A stretch of DNA of 50,898 nucleotides from Tubiluchus corallicola (lineage: Eukaryota; Animalia; Priapulida). A model generated the notes under the pieces. It was not told the DNA's origin. It was given only the letters and a program-made list of their open reading frames with translations, and searched no databases. The stretch spans positions 25,817 through 76,714 of the forward strand of contig JAQGDQ010000955.1 in NCBI GenBank assembly GCA_030141605.1, given 5' to 3'. Shown here in pieces: positions 11,131 through 23,761 of the stretch. The position numbers and the translations under genes are program-made. Each line of letters opens with the position of its first letter. The stretch's first letter is position 1.

Positions 11131-12053
11131 AATATAATAGTCATAGGGAAATGATATGCCTGTGTAAAACCTACTCTAGTTAAAGCTAATCTAACGTAAA
11201 CAACCAAACAAATGCTACATTAGAAAACGAAAGGATAATTTAATTTACAAAACTTAAGAAAAATGGCAATATATAGTCATTCTTTGATCTCAAGTAATTA
11301 ATTATTATAATTGTAATGATACAGTTTATCAATTCTTTATAACAATGACACGTAGGTCTGAAATTAACCACTCTAATTACAAAATAGAAAATTTTTTGAC
11401 GTATTTTATTCTTACCTAATGCCAGATGCTGTATGATTTCTTTCTAGTGAATGAGCCAAAGTGTTGCTTCAGCAAGACAGTTAGAAAAACAGTTTCAACT
11501 GCCTCAAAGATTAAGTAAAAATGTATAAAAGTTCTTTGAGCAGTAAGTTTAAAGCGCAGAAGTTTTTGAACTAGATTGCACACAAAAGAAGGCGGCTAAA
11601 GAAACAACAAATATACAAATAAACTGCGCGAGTTTCAAGAAGATTTCGCTAATCTTAATGATTAATATATCAATAACAACGGTAATGATAATGAGACAAC
11701 GATGATGATCATAGTAATAAAGATGATAACGGTGTCGATAACAATCACAGTCACGATGACATTTATTTATTTATTTCACATGAATAGTATATTATACTAG
11801 TGATGATGATGTTGATTATGACAGGATCACTAAGATTAGAGACCTGTAGACCAAACCTGAACAATTGATTCACAAGGAGAATTCCTTAAACACAAATATA
11901 CTTCAAAACTGCTGATAAAAACAGATGTAACTTGCGATCTATAAAGTCTTAATAAACATGGCAGTACGGGGAAATAAACAAGAAGATTTGCATTTATATC
12001 TAAACAACAAATAGAAATAACAAAAAATAGCATCTTGTTTACGCCACTAGATA

Positions 12054-12611
12054 GGGGAGACCCGGTTAAAGTGGATCACTTAAGGGCTTTCGCTCATAGA
12101 GTTCAAGACGTTTGATCTGTAACAATCAATTACATGTCCTATTCTTCCGTAGGAAACTCTGCTATATTCGTGTGGTTAAAACTTATAATTACTATTACTC
12201 GTTTAACATATAATTCCGAAATACGAAACCAAAATTTCTAGGGCAAAGTGGATCTTTTACGGGCATAGTGGATCATACCGGAGCGGTTGGGCTCAACTAA
12301 CTAACAATAGCTTTTAAATCGATTTTGTTTATTTTGCAAAAGTAAATTGATATGAAGCAGCAATGATGCATCATATGTAAAAACAGTAGCGAATAAATCT
12401 GCACTAATTGGAATTTATCATCTGTAAAAGTGAAAAGTCGCAAGAAAGTGGGCGAAAAACTTATTTTTGTGTACCGCGCTTAGACAAACTTAGAGTACAC
12501 AGTAGATGATGACGTAAAATCACACAGTGCGTAGACCACGACGCCTTACGGAAAAAGAGCAAGCACATTTGATCCGCTTTGCCCAGTGATCCACTTTACC
12601 CGGGTCTCCCC
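12054..12611. mobile_element. MITE, Tc1/mariner-pogo-like (TA TSD)
   Basis: TA|GGGGAGACCCGGTTAAAGTGGATCACT ... AGTGATCCACTTTACCCGGGTCTCCCC|TA; ~27-bp TIR with 1 mismatch; internal gggca.agtggatc repeats; no ORF. Confidence 0.85.
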
Positions 12612-13014
12612 TAAATAGTTTAGGCTTGAAAGAATTTGCGTACTTGACAAATTATGCAGAGGAGGGGAACTAAACCAAGCTCTCTTTGCATCGTCGCTTC
12701 AAAGCTCCTTGCGTTTCCAATTCCCCACATGAACTTGAAGTGCCGCCACTAATAATTTCTTACTTTCGTACTGAAACAATTTAGCACTAATTAGTAACTA
12801 ATAGCGTGAAGCTATGTTAGTTTGCTTAATTGAAGCTTTTGAAGGATTTTGTCCTTTTCGCGTCTAACACATCCAAAATTTACCTTCCTCAACAGATGTG
12901 CAGATTCAAAAGCTGGTAACCACGGAGGTTTGCTGCCAATCTTTATGACGTCACTGAACAGGGCAATATTATATTTAGCTGTCTTTTAACGTATCTATTA
13001 AGTTTAGGCATTAA

Positions 13015-13360
13015 TCCTTTCATACCCGTTGTATCCCGTGGGATACGAGAATATTTTCTGCTTTTAAAATTAATAAAATTTTAAAACTGACATTTATTTG
13101 ATCTGTTAATAGTTATTTTGATTTAAGCCAATAACAATAGACTAAAAAAGGTGATAAAATGGCAAACTAAAAAATCTACATAGCTAAATGGCAAAATGAA
13201 GCACATTTTATGCTTCAATTGAATCCCAATGTATCCCGCGGGATACAGGCGGGCACAGGTAGAAAAAATAATTATTATGTGTAAACAAGATGGACATACT
13301 GAACAAAAGTACAAAGCCAAACAATTTTTGTTATTAAAAAATAATTTGGGACTGAAAGGG
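13015..13360. mobile_element. piggyBac-like MITE (TTAA TSD)
   Basis: TTAA|tcctttcataccc ... gggactgaaaggg|TTAA; internal palindromes gtatcccgtgggatac and tgtatcccgcgggataca near each end. Confidence 0.8.
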
Positions 13361-14011
13361 TTAAGGGTGCTCTGCCGGAGTCAATAAGGTCTTTCAGATG
13401 ACCTTCTGTGGTGGCGTAACTACGCATTTGCGGGGATGGGACCGCGTAAGTAAAGTGGCCCGCAATGATGAACGAATTAATCATATTTCACGGGGATTTG
13501 CTACGCAAAACCATTTTCAACGGGATTACAAGTTAAGAGTAACAGCGATTACGATTAAATTTAGGCTATCATAATCAACACACGACATTCCTCCCTTTAG
13601 TTAAGTCGCAAGGTAACAGCTGCATAGTCGTGTTAACGAAGTAGATTCGTTGCGGCTGTTAAGAAATCAGACTGCATGAAAACACCACCGTAGGAGCTAA
13701 ATAAGATGGGTTGCATGCCTCTTTGATTCAATATCATAGTGAGTTCATCTTCTTATTGCGAATTTAAAAAATAAAAACTAAAGAATAAGAATGAGAAAGA
13801 GTAACGAGTCAGTAAATGTACAGTTTTTTAGTTTGCATTCTACTTATATACATCAACTTTATTTAGCGGAAAAAAATCTCACTAAAATAAATTTTTAATA
13901 TCATTATTAATATTTTTTGAAGACAGAATTTTTTATTGAAACTATGTTTAAACATCTGCTACCGGTTTTGAATTACCTCCTCATTTTCGCATGCGATCAT
14001 GTACTCTATAT

Positions 14012-14230
14012 GAGTGAATGCGCCACAAGTGCCTGTGGTGTGCTAAAAGTACACAGACGCAAATGCGATACATTGCCAATCCGTTTTGACATAATAATAC
14101 ATGCATTAGAGCATGAGATCATGTGCTATATAAGAGTGAATGCGCCACAAGTGCTTGTGGTGTGCTAAAAGTACACAGATACATTGCCAATCCGTTTTGA
14201 CATAGTAATACATGTATTAGAGCATGAGAT
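14012..14230. repeat. Two-copy tandem duplication of ~110 bp
   Basis: gagtgaatgcgccacaagtgc...attagagcatgagat at 14012-14119 and 14134-14230. Confidence 0.9.
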
Positions 14231-14855
14231 TACAAGGCACTTTTACATGTTGTCTCTACGGACTAGGTGATGTCAATTTTTGTAACTCTACACGTTTTGT
14301 GAGCCACAAGCTAACATTTTATTCAAAACTCCATATTCTTAAAACCAATGACATTAAAAATGCATGTTTTTGTACAGGTCCTCAAATAATTTATTGCCAA
14401 ATATTTTTTTACCATGTTTTAATTGTAGCAAAGTCATTCATAAGTATAAATTAGGCAGACAAATGATCGATTGCCTTGTTGCTAATTGGAAAACTAATAT
14501 AATGAACATTGTAGTGACATATAATGGTGCCATCAAATGAAATTTAATAGTCGATTAAATAATAAACAACATTAAATGTAATAAATAATAAAATAATAAT
14601 TTTGTTAAAAATTTCCAACGTTTTAAAGGTAGCAGAAACAACATTACTTAGTAGCCATTAAACGTGATTTTATTTTGGTGTATAAATAAATATTTGTATA
14701 TGATATGTATTTTGTTACTAATTAAGTCACTCAAAATTTCTTTGTCTGCTCGCACGAACGTCAGAAGTTAAACTCTGTGTTGAACAAAGGTGTGACAAAA
14801 ACTACGTTCAGTAAACTATTACTATTTAGAATAATAAATAAAAATAATAAAAGTT

Positions 14856-14874
14856 TTACTTACTTGCTTGCTTG

Positions 14875-14953
<79 letters not shown>

Positions 14954-15135
14954 GCTTACTTACTACTTACCTACTTACTTACTTACTTACTTACTTGCTT
15001 ACTTACTACTTACCTACTTACTAGCTTACTTACTTACCTACTTACTTACTTACTTACTGACTGACTGACTGACTGACTGACTGACTGACTGACTGACTGA
15101 CTGACTGACTGACTGACTGACTGACTGACTGACTG

Positions 15136-15175
<40 letters not shown>

Positions 15176-15351
15176 TACTACCTACCTACCTACCTACCTA
15201 CCTACCTACCTACCTACCTAACTACCTACCTACCTACTTACTTACTTACTTATTTACTTACTTACTCACTCACTCACTCACTCACTCACTCACTCACTCA
15301 CTCACTCACTCACTCACTCACTCACTCACTCACTCACTCACTCACTCACTT
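14856..15351. repeat. Compound tetranucleotide microsatellite (CTTA/CTGA/CCTA/CTCA)n
   Basis: Directly visible. Confidence 0.98.
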
Positions 15352-16118
15352 ATTTCGGCTTTGTTTTTGGAGAGGGGTAATTTGAAATTAGTGAAGGTAT
15401 TTCTAATCTAATTTTAAGATACCACCGGAGACACTATAAACCTAGTTTACATGTACACCCGGTAACTTAATACTGAGTTTGAATTACTGGAGGGTATAAA
15501 GAATAAGGGGTGAATTTAAACTGGTACGTCTGTGACTAAGGCAAGATCCGGAGCACGTATTTGCTGAGGAGGCCATTTTAATGCAGTTACGCCACTGGGT
15601 GTTTATGTAGCATAAATGTTGAAATGAAAAGCAGTGAAAAGAAACAGTCCCTTAAAAGCACGAAAATTATTACAGGGTATTTTTACTAGAAATGAGAAGG
15701 TGTTTAGCACAATATGCTAAATGAATAAATTGATATCAGAATGCGAGGTGAGTACAGTTACGGAATGGTTACGGAATGCGTGTCTAACGAGCAAAGTTAA
15801 GCAACGCCGCTAGTGGTCAGTATACAGACAGCGTGAAATGGGCTAACGTCGGACAATGAGCTTGGACTTTTTGTTAAAAATATCAAAGTCGTATATAAAC
15901 TATTGCTTTCTCTGTTTTCTTAATAAAGGAGGGGTAAGGTAGAGTCCACATTACTTTGATATTGCTAGTAAAAATCTCGCTTGTGCATGACATTTTACTG
16001 GTGGTCACCAAGACTATTTTGGGGCAGTTATATCAACTATGTCGCCGAGCGTTTCAAATTCAATATTTCAAATTCTACGTTTTTGTTGGTTAGAGAGATG
16101 AGAGCACGAGGTAAAGGT

Positions 16119-16285
16119 AGTGGAAGTGGTGCTGACGAGCCACTGGCGTAGCAGTGTCTAGTTTCTTGCTGGATTACTGCTGTGTTTACCTGTCTAAAGG
16201 CGGATTTCTTTTATTTTAGAATTCTGCCTGCCCACTGTCTACAATAGACGTGACGGGCGTATGATGATGATGATGATGATGATGG
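16119..16285 (+). mobile_element. ~150-nt structured retroposon with (GAT)n tail, copy 1
   Basis: ggaagtggtgctgac...gacgtgacgggcgta(tga)n; flanked by ACGAGGTAAA(G/A)GT at 16106-16118 and 16286-16298 (TSD-like, 1 mismatch). Confidence 0.8.
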
Positions 16286-16680
16286 ACGAGGTAAAAGTGC
16301 GCAATGTTTTGATCATCTTTTTTAAAATACCAAAATTTGCGAAATTAAAAGCCGAAAGATTAATCGGACAATAAAAGATGAACTAGAATATTCAGTCTGA
16401 AATAGTTTAATTTATGTCCGCTACAAACTATTCTGTCTCCGGACCAAAATAGATTCCGGTCCAACCACAATCATCTGCTGTGCTTGCAGAGCGCCGAAAT
16501 GTACAGAAATGAATCTCATACACAATCTCTGTGGCTCGAAGCGGGACAACATGGTTTTACGATTAAAATTTACGAAGCATTTTTTAATTTAAAAATTTGC
16601 AAGGTCACTCTTCAAAGCCTGACAAGCTTTACTTGCTGGCTGACACATGAACCAGAATCTATACTTGCGGGCAAACACCC

Positions 16681-17112
16681 TGGTTGGCATCCTTCTGTCT
16701 CTGAAGACAATGGAGTGTGCGCCAAGAGAGTCAGTTATTGATCACATTGATGGAGCTGCAGCGTCGACTGTGGCTGAGCAGTCCGATCCTTGAACCACTG
16801 GACTGGCCTGTCCAGGGCGCACGCCTGGGCAAGCTGTACGGAGATCCTGGGTTGCCCATACCGCAGGAACCCCCTCTCTTCCTCCCTGGTGTAGTCCAAA
16901 GGAAAGCGATACGTTTGGCACCAGGTTGGCTGCAGGAGCTGCCGGAGTCAGTGAGCATGCTGCACTGGTCCGCCTTCGGGGCTCCACTCCTGATTTGGAA
17001 GGTTTACTCCTCTACACATGGCCGTCATCCATCCAAGTACTAACCAGGCTCTACGTTGCTTAACTTCGGTGATCAGACGAGAACCGGTGTTTTCAACGTG
17101 ATTTGGCCGTAG
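16681..17112 (-). mobile_element. 5S rRNA-derived SINE, copy A (internal deletion)
   Basis: Reverse complement of CTACGGCCAAATCACGTTGAAAACACCGGTTCTCGTCTGATCACCGAAGTTAAGC... joined to the shared body; lacks the 5S 3' part and linker; ends ...gaaggatgccaacc. Confidence 0.93.
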
Positions 17113-17400
17113 TGTAGGGAAACACCCAAACAATCGAATAAACTACGAAAAAAAATATCAAATTCCAGCAACTAACAGTGCGTAACAAACCGTAACGTTT
17201 CTCGTGGCATTTTCACCTGATGAGGTGACAAACCTCACAGAGAACGTTTCAATCAAGATTGTGTCTTGTGATCAGCTACGCGTTATGTACAATCATGACC
17301 GTGAAAGCACTACCTTAGAATTTGCTAAGAAATTAGTTATATAACCAACATAATATCTCTAACAACAATATTATTTCCAGGATTTTGCTGACTTACTTCT

Positions 17401-17822
17401 CATCATCATCATACGCCCGTCACGTCTATTGTAGACATTGGGCAGGCAGAATTCTAAAATAAAAGAAATCTGCCTTCAGACAGGTAAAAGCAGCGCTGGA
17501 CCTGGGTAGCAAATCGGTATACCACCGAGAAAATTCTCTCAGGCCGGATTTCATCTGTCAGACTGCTTCGAGGAAGGATGTATGTGCCTTCGAACTTTCT
17601 ACGTTTTGAAAAAACAAAGTAATACAGGTCGCGACTGTTTGTGCATTTCCTAAATAATATGTGTAACATCATCATCATACGCCCGTCACGTCTATTGTAG
17701 ATATTGGCAGGCAGAATTCTAAAATAAAAGAAATCTGCCTTCAGACAGGTAAACGCAGCAGTAATCCAGCAAAAAAACTAGACACTGCTACGCCACTGGT
17801 TTGTCAACACCACTTCCGTTAA
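17401..17822 (-). mobile_element. Composite insertion of the (GAT)n-tailed retroposon: full unit 17667-17822, ~170-bp spacer, partial unit 17401-17493
   Basis: Perfect 12-bp TSD TGACTTACTTCT at 17389-17400 and 17823-17834 encloses both units. Confidence 0.85.
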
Positions 17823-18247
17823 TGACTTACTTCTAAACAACTTAAAATAATCAGCAAGACAAGTTTCCTCGCCCTTTTAATAATCGTATGGGTACCTTCG
17901 GTACTTTGTTTTTCGAAACTTGCTCGTCCATTTACCGTTTCTTCAAAATTCTTGCGTTGCGTCCGAACTGCATAATAAAAGTTCTCATGATGGCTAAACA
18001 AAATTGGACGACCGGCTTATTATTTTAATTTTGTAAACTTCAGAATAAGGACTTTCCTGGACAGACTTCATGACCTTACTGAATGGTAACCAAGAAACCG
18101 TTGCTACCAACACATCGAGGACGTCATTAAAAACGTCACGCAATTTAATACCAGCTTTGCCGTACTGGATATTTTAAAAGTAGTTTTATACCAAATGCAC
18201 TTTTTAATTATCAGTAAGTCCATTACTATTGCATACAGTATACATAT

Positions 18248-18407
18248 TAAGCGGAAGTGGTGCTGACAAGCCACTGGCGTAGCAGTGTCTAGTTTTTTTT
18301 GCTGGATTACTGCTGCGTTTACCTGTCTGAAGGCAGATTTCTTTTATTTTAGAATTCTGCCTGCCCAATGTCTACAATAGACGTGACGGGCGTATGATGA
18401 TGATGAT
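18248..18407 (+). mobile_element. (GAT)n-tailed structured retroposon, copy 4
   Basis: ttaagcggaagtggtgctgac...gggcgtatgatgatgat; near-identical to the other copies; no clear TSD. Confidence 0.8.
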
Positions 18408-20089
18408 ACTAGCCTAAAAACGTTTGAGACGAAGTCCCTCCATAGTTGACATTTAGGCTGCTGTTGTTGTTGTTATCATCGTCGTCGTCGTTGTCGTCGT
18501 CGTCGTCATCGTCATCGTCGTCGCTGTCGCTGCTCTTATTGTTGCTGATGTTTCTGCCGTTACTGCTGCTGCTTTGCGAGTGCTGCTACTCTTGCTAGCG
18601 CTAATATTATTATTTTGATAGGTGGCTAAATACAAGAATAATAGTTAAGACATTAAGTAAATTTTCAAAATTACGATATAGTTAACACTGTTTAATGACA
18701 AAATATTGCAACTCATAAAGTACGGATTAATTTCACAGACTAGAATCACTAGATCAACTGTAAATTTTTGCTTTATGGCAATAGTAGCAACAACCCTACA
18801 TGCAAACGAGCAATGAGCACTGGAAACAAAACTGTTAACTTTTTGCTTATGTAAAGAAACCTCTAACACGACTATTCATTTTATTAAGCAATCATTAAAC
18901 ATGCAGTTGTTGGGCTATGCATCCAAAATATAGGCCTGTACACAAATATTGTTTCCTGGCAAGCCTATGTTAAACCTCTACCGGTCCTGTTCTGCATCAC
19001 CACTGAGAAATTAGTTAGTCTTGGAAAAGGAAAAGGAAAACCTAGTGACGTAACAACTTATCTGGGTTGATACCTCAAACAGCAACAGCATTTGACCTGA
19101 CATCACTTTATTTTGGATTCGAATCCAAATTGACATACTGTTTTCCAGCACCTTACTTTTTCATTTAATCAGCCATGTTTTAATTGTTTTAACATGTTAT
19201 TAAAATAACACATAAACCGATGCGTTTACTAATTTTGGCTACTCGCAGTCAAAAATACTCAAGAGAAATAAATGTGATTACGGTTAACAATGCAAACGAT
19301 AAAAATAAAAATTAATTATAGAAAAATAATCCACACTATTCAGTTCAATGTTTACTCAAAACTTTATCACAAGACTAATGCAGTTTGTAAAACAATCCCT
19401 CATGTCAGTGAGAAAAAGGTGTTGTTTTTTAATGCTAAAAAAATTATTAAATACATGAAAGAGCCACCCTCTAAAATTTTGCTCAACAAACTTGCTAAAG
19501 CAAAGGAACTTCGGAAAGGCTCGATGATCTATATATACTTAAAAACATCTGGTTTTGGGTATGCAAAATGTTTATGACCGAATCTTGAACGATCCTTGAA
19601 TTATGGTAAGCCATGCTGGAGGTGCAAATGTTTTAGTCCATTACCCCTTCCCAAGGTAGTATATGCATTAGATGTCACAATATATTAGACTGTAGCTCAA
19701 CAAGCTAGACTACTTTTTCTACTCTGACATTGTATAGGTGGAACTTGTTATGTACACACGTCTCTGTTACATTTAAAATTTGACTTATATTATACTGCTA
19801 CCTTTTACTGACATTCCGGCTTCTTCTCGACTCAATATTGGACCAACAATGTATGTATGCATTTTAGCTTTTTAGTGTAACGTAGTGATCTGTAGCCCTT
19901 ATTTTTCTAGCACTTATTTCAGTAGTTTTGTAGAGGTAGTAATTGTAGACTACAGAAAATTTGTACTTTTTGCAGAATAAACTAACATAGATATGGGAAC
20001 GCCAGAACTAATAACTAAAATCTGTCGTTGAGTTAAGGCCAGCTAATATGATTAACTCATTTGTACCAATGTGTCCCATGTACCCATAA

Positions 20090-20579
20090 CTACGGCCAAA
20101 TCACGTTGAAAACACCGGTTCTCGTCTGATCACCGAAGTTAAGCAACGTAGAGCCTGGTTAGTACTTGGATGGGTGACCGCCGAATACCAGGTGCTGTAG
20201 GCTTGCGGGGCGCTGTATCTCGACACTAGGCGGAGGAGCTGCACAAGCAGCCAATGGCTAGAGGGCGGAGGAGGTCTAGTGACCCAATGGCCATGTGTAG
20301 AGGAGTAAACCTTCTAAATCAGGAGTGGAGCTCCGAAGGCGGACCGGTGCAGCATGCTCACTGACTCCGGCAGCTCCTGCAGTCAACCTGGTGCCAAACG
20401 TATCGTCCCGCTTTCCTTTTTACTACACCAGCGAGGAAGAGAGGGGGTTCCTGTTGTCTGGGCAACTCAGGGTCTCCATACACCTTGCCCACCAGGCGTG
20501 CGCCCTGGAGACGTTCAAGGATCGGACTCTCTTGGCGCACATTCCATTGTCTTCCGAAACAGAAGGATGCCAACAACAA
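20090..20579 (+). mobile_element. 5S rRNA-derived SINE, copy B
   Basis: Near-complete 5S head 20090-20204 (box A AGTTAAGC, box C TGGATGGG) plus ~370-bp shared body and caacaacaa tail. Confidence 0.93.
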
Positions 20580-21334
20580 GTAGGTTTGGGTTTAACATTA
20601 TGAAAAACTATCGCAAGCAAGCTGTGGTCGGTCTTTTAGAACCTGCATGCACAAAAGCTAATACGGCCGTAACGTGAGGTAGTAACATTGATATATTACA
20701 TGTGCGCAATAAATTAATGAATGAGATTAGTTTGGCCATATTGTATAACACCAACTTTTAGGATATTTTGTCTTACAAGACTATTTTCAAAGACGTATGT
20801 GACAATATTAGCCTTATTGCAGCTGTACTTGTAGTAGCAGTAAGTTGAAAGTGTTGCAGTAATTAATTCAGTTTCATATCATTTGGGTGTAAACGTCCTT
20901 ATGTATATACGCGAGTTGCAAAACTTTTCATAATTTACCATTTAGATGCTTCTTAGGCAACCAGATTAATTGAAACAATGTTGTAAATAGTACAATTTTA
21001 TGTAAGCGGGACATTGCTAACAGCATACACCAGCTCAGAAAACATACAAGGTTTCATTAATTCGGATACGTAGAAAACCTAATTAAGTAACGGTTAAACT
21101 TTAGTGATTTTCTAAACTTAAATCAATTAGCGGTGGGTTAAACGTTTAAACTGTTAACCATCTCAGCCTTACTTATTGCTAATTACTCTTAACAAACAAT
21201 CAGCTGGGATCATATCATCATTGCAGGGTGTAAACACGTGAGTTTTCTTTTGTTTGTTTTTGTCTAACAAAGTTATTTTCAAAGTTGTTAGCTCTAATAC
21301 AGCCATACCTTTTGTAGTACAAACCGTTCTAATG

Positions 21335-21630
21335 CAAATCAAGAAGATTCTCGTATTTTCTCCTCGAAAGCCATTATGAATTAATGAAGCCCCATTACGG
21401 AACGCATCAGTGTCATTCCTTTAGCATCAGATTTTATTGCTCAAGTTAATCTGAAATGCTAATGAGATTTAAGTCCCCAAAATGTTGCACGGAAATCAAG
21501 TAAATCACCTGTTTTTCTCCCAAAGCCATTATGCATAATTGCGCCCATTACGAAACGCAGTGTGCTCAGCTTCTTCATCGCCAGATTTTACCAGTAAATC
21601 AAAAGTATGAAGAAATCAAGTCCCCAAAAA
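21335..21630. repeat. Diverged two-copy tandem duplication (~155 bp)
   Basis: aaatcaag..., aaagccattatg, cccattacg.aacgca, cagatttta and aagtccccaaaa each occur twice in register. Confidence 0.7.
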
Positions 21631-21867
21631 GATAACTTACATAAAAAATCAGAACATTTTATCGAGCCAGTGAAAATACTCAAGGGTTAAAATCCACTTT
21701 TTGGGGTTCGTAAGGGCATTTAGAAGTAAACATCACTTTGGTCCGTAAATCTAGAATTTAGCAGCACCATGTCCAAAAGAAATACGAATGTGTCAAAAAG
21801 AAATACGAATGACCAAGTTGCCATTTTAACCCTCGATTAAAATATAATTTGAATTTGGTGTTATCTA

Positions 21868-22393
21868 TTATTACTGTTATTGTTGTTGTTATTGCTGTTG
21901 CTGTTGCTATTGCTGTTGTTATTGCTGTTGCTATTGCTGTTGCTATTGCTGCTGCTGTTGTTGTTTTTATTTTTGTTGTCGTCGTCGTCGTCGTCGTCGT
22001 CGTCGTTGTTGTTGTTATTGCTGCTGCTGTTGCTGTTGTTTTTATTTTTGTTGTCGTTGTCGTTGTCGTCGTCGTCATTGTTGTTGTTGTTGCTGTTGTT
22101 GTTGTTGTTGTTTTTGTTGTTTTTATTTTTGATGTTGTAGTCGTTGTCGTCGTCGTCGTCCTCGTCGCTGTTGTTGTTGTTGCTGTTGCTGTTACTATTG
22201 CTGTTGCTATTGCTGCTGTTGTTGTTGCTGTTGCTATTGCTGCTGTTGTTGTTGCTGTTGCTATTGCTATTACTATTGCTGCTGCTATCGCAGTTGCTGT
22301 TGTTGTTTTTGTTGTTTTTATTTTTGTTGTTATTGTCGTTGTCGTTGTCGTCGTCGTCGTCGTTGATGTTGTTGTTGCTGCTGTTGCTGTTGC

Positions 22394-22442
<49 letters not shown>

Positions 22443-22472
22443 ATTGTTGTTGTTGTTGTCATCTGTTGTTGT
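21868..22472. repeat. Compound trinucleotide microsatellite (GTT/GCT/GTC/ATT)n
   Basis: Directly visible; explains the low-complexity ORFs here. Confidence 0.97.
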
Positions 22473-22982
22473 AGACAAATAGCTAAGTCTATTTTAGACG
22501 TGCGTAGGCACAAAGCTGTTCTGTCTGTTATCAAGATGTCGGGAACGCCTTTAGTAGTTTACGTATATCCCAGTGAAAATAAATATTTACTTAAATCTGA
22601 TTGCTCCTGTTTCTGCGATACCAAGAGGCTTGTTGGTAATGCTTGTTGATGGTCTTTGAAGAAATAGGGTTTCTTATTCCAAAAAAGACAGGCAAATCAA
22701 GCAGATTTTCTTGTTTTCTCCTCCTCGTTATGTATAACAGAGATAATATATGGAAAAGTATTCAAAAAAAGAGTCAGCCTCCTTTGTTGCTGGTAAACTG
22801 GTAAATCCTGAGATTTAAATTGCCCTTGATAATTCATTGGTAAATCGGAAATACCAATAAGACTCAAACTCAGAAACGATTAGCATCATAAACCCTATTT
22901 AAATAAATAAAATTTAACCAAAGTACGAGAATTGTAACATACGTATTTGTGGGCCAAGCTGAGCAAGCACTTCAGGTGCGTC

Positions 22983-23700
22983 TATGAACTATGAACTATG
23001 AATTTATTTTCACACATCAAAAAATACAATATCAAACACATTAATAAACTTTAAATAAAATGATTTGAGTAGTGCGAGGTGAGTGTACGACCATACGGTC
23101 ATTAACACACCCACCTTACTTAAATGAAAAAATGATTATAGTTATGCATGCTTCTGTAGATAACTCAATTTAATTAAGGATGAAGTAAATGATGTAACAA
23201 ATGGGCTATGGTGAGGGGGGGGGGCAAATTATAAGAATATTAGTGATTGTTTCGCAAAATTAATGTTACAATAATATATTAAAAAATTTTTGTATCACTG
23301 GTATTTGGTGGTTATAAACTAAGAGCATTTTCCAAGTGGAAACAGCTATAGATATTGGCTGCGATGAATGAGTAATTTCATTTTAATTGATTTATACCTT
23401 TTATTAATAAAGTAACAAAGGTCGTAAAGATACCTATTTGTAAAAGAAAAACATTAGTGCAAAAAGACACACGTGCACAAAAAAGAGAAAAAAACTCTGG
23501 TTTTCTACGCCATTGAATATTTAGTAAGTAAAAATATCTTATATTGTTTGGTAGCTATTTTTAAAGAAGGAGAGGAAATGATTGTATTGGGTACACTATT
23601 CCACAAAATAACTCCGTTGTTCATCATTCCGCATTATTATAGACTAAAACTATCGGACGAGAAATCTAACTTGATTCGATGCATAACAACTTAATCTTAT
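22983..23700 (-). mobile_element. 3' remnant of a CR1/L2-group LINE
   Basis: Minus strand encodes GVILWNSVPNTIISSPSLKIATKQYK, typical of the LINE ORF2 C-terminal G..LWN.LP motif; ends aataaattcatagttcatagttca. Confidence 0.6.
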
Positions 23701-23761
23701 AAAGCTGATAGTAGTAGCAGCTTCGATAACATTTTTGCAATGAATGTAGCCAAAGCATCAG

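Noticed and set aside
13409-15597. hAT-like element bounded by gtggcgtaact / agttacgccactg
   Set aside because: Only an ~11-bp inverted match, degenerate left end and no 8-bp TSD.
16130-16160. Hammerhead in the 150-nt retroposon (CTGACGA-gccactggc-GTAG-cagtg-TC)
   Set aside because: The GAAA box is absent, stem I is poor, and other copies read CTGACAA or TTGACAA.
17667-18407. MITE or Polinton-like element with ~150-bp TIRs starting CATCAT
   Set aside because: No TSD around this pair, while a 12-bp TSD assigns the left arm to a separate insertion (17401-17822).
20090-20204. Functional 5S rRNA genes
   Set aside because: All four 5S-like segments are truncated or deleted, lack a T-run terminator and are fused to the same body; two have TSDs. 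They are SINE heads.
21758-22649. Long low-complexity ORFs (poly-T/V/N/L here; also 10039-11207, 14777-15068, 26598-27026, 33228-33911, 36253-37209, 48596-48914)
   Set aside because: They are stop-free frames produced by micro- and minisatellites.
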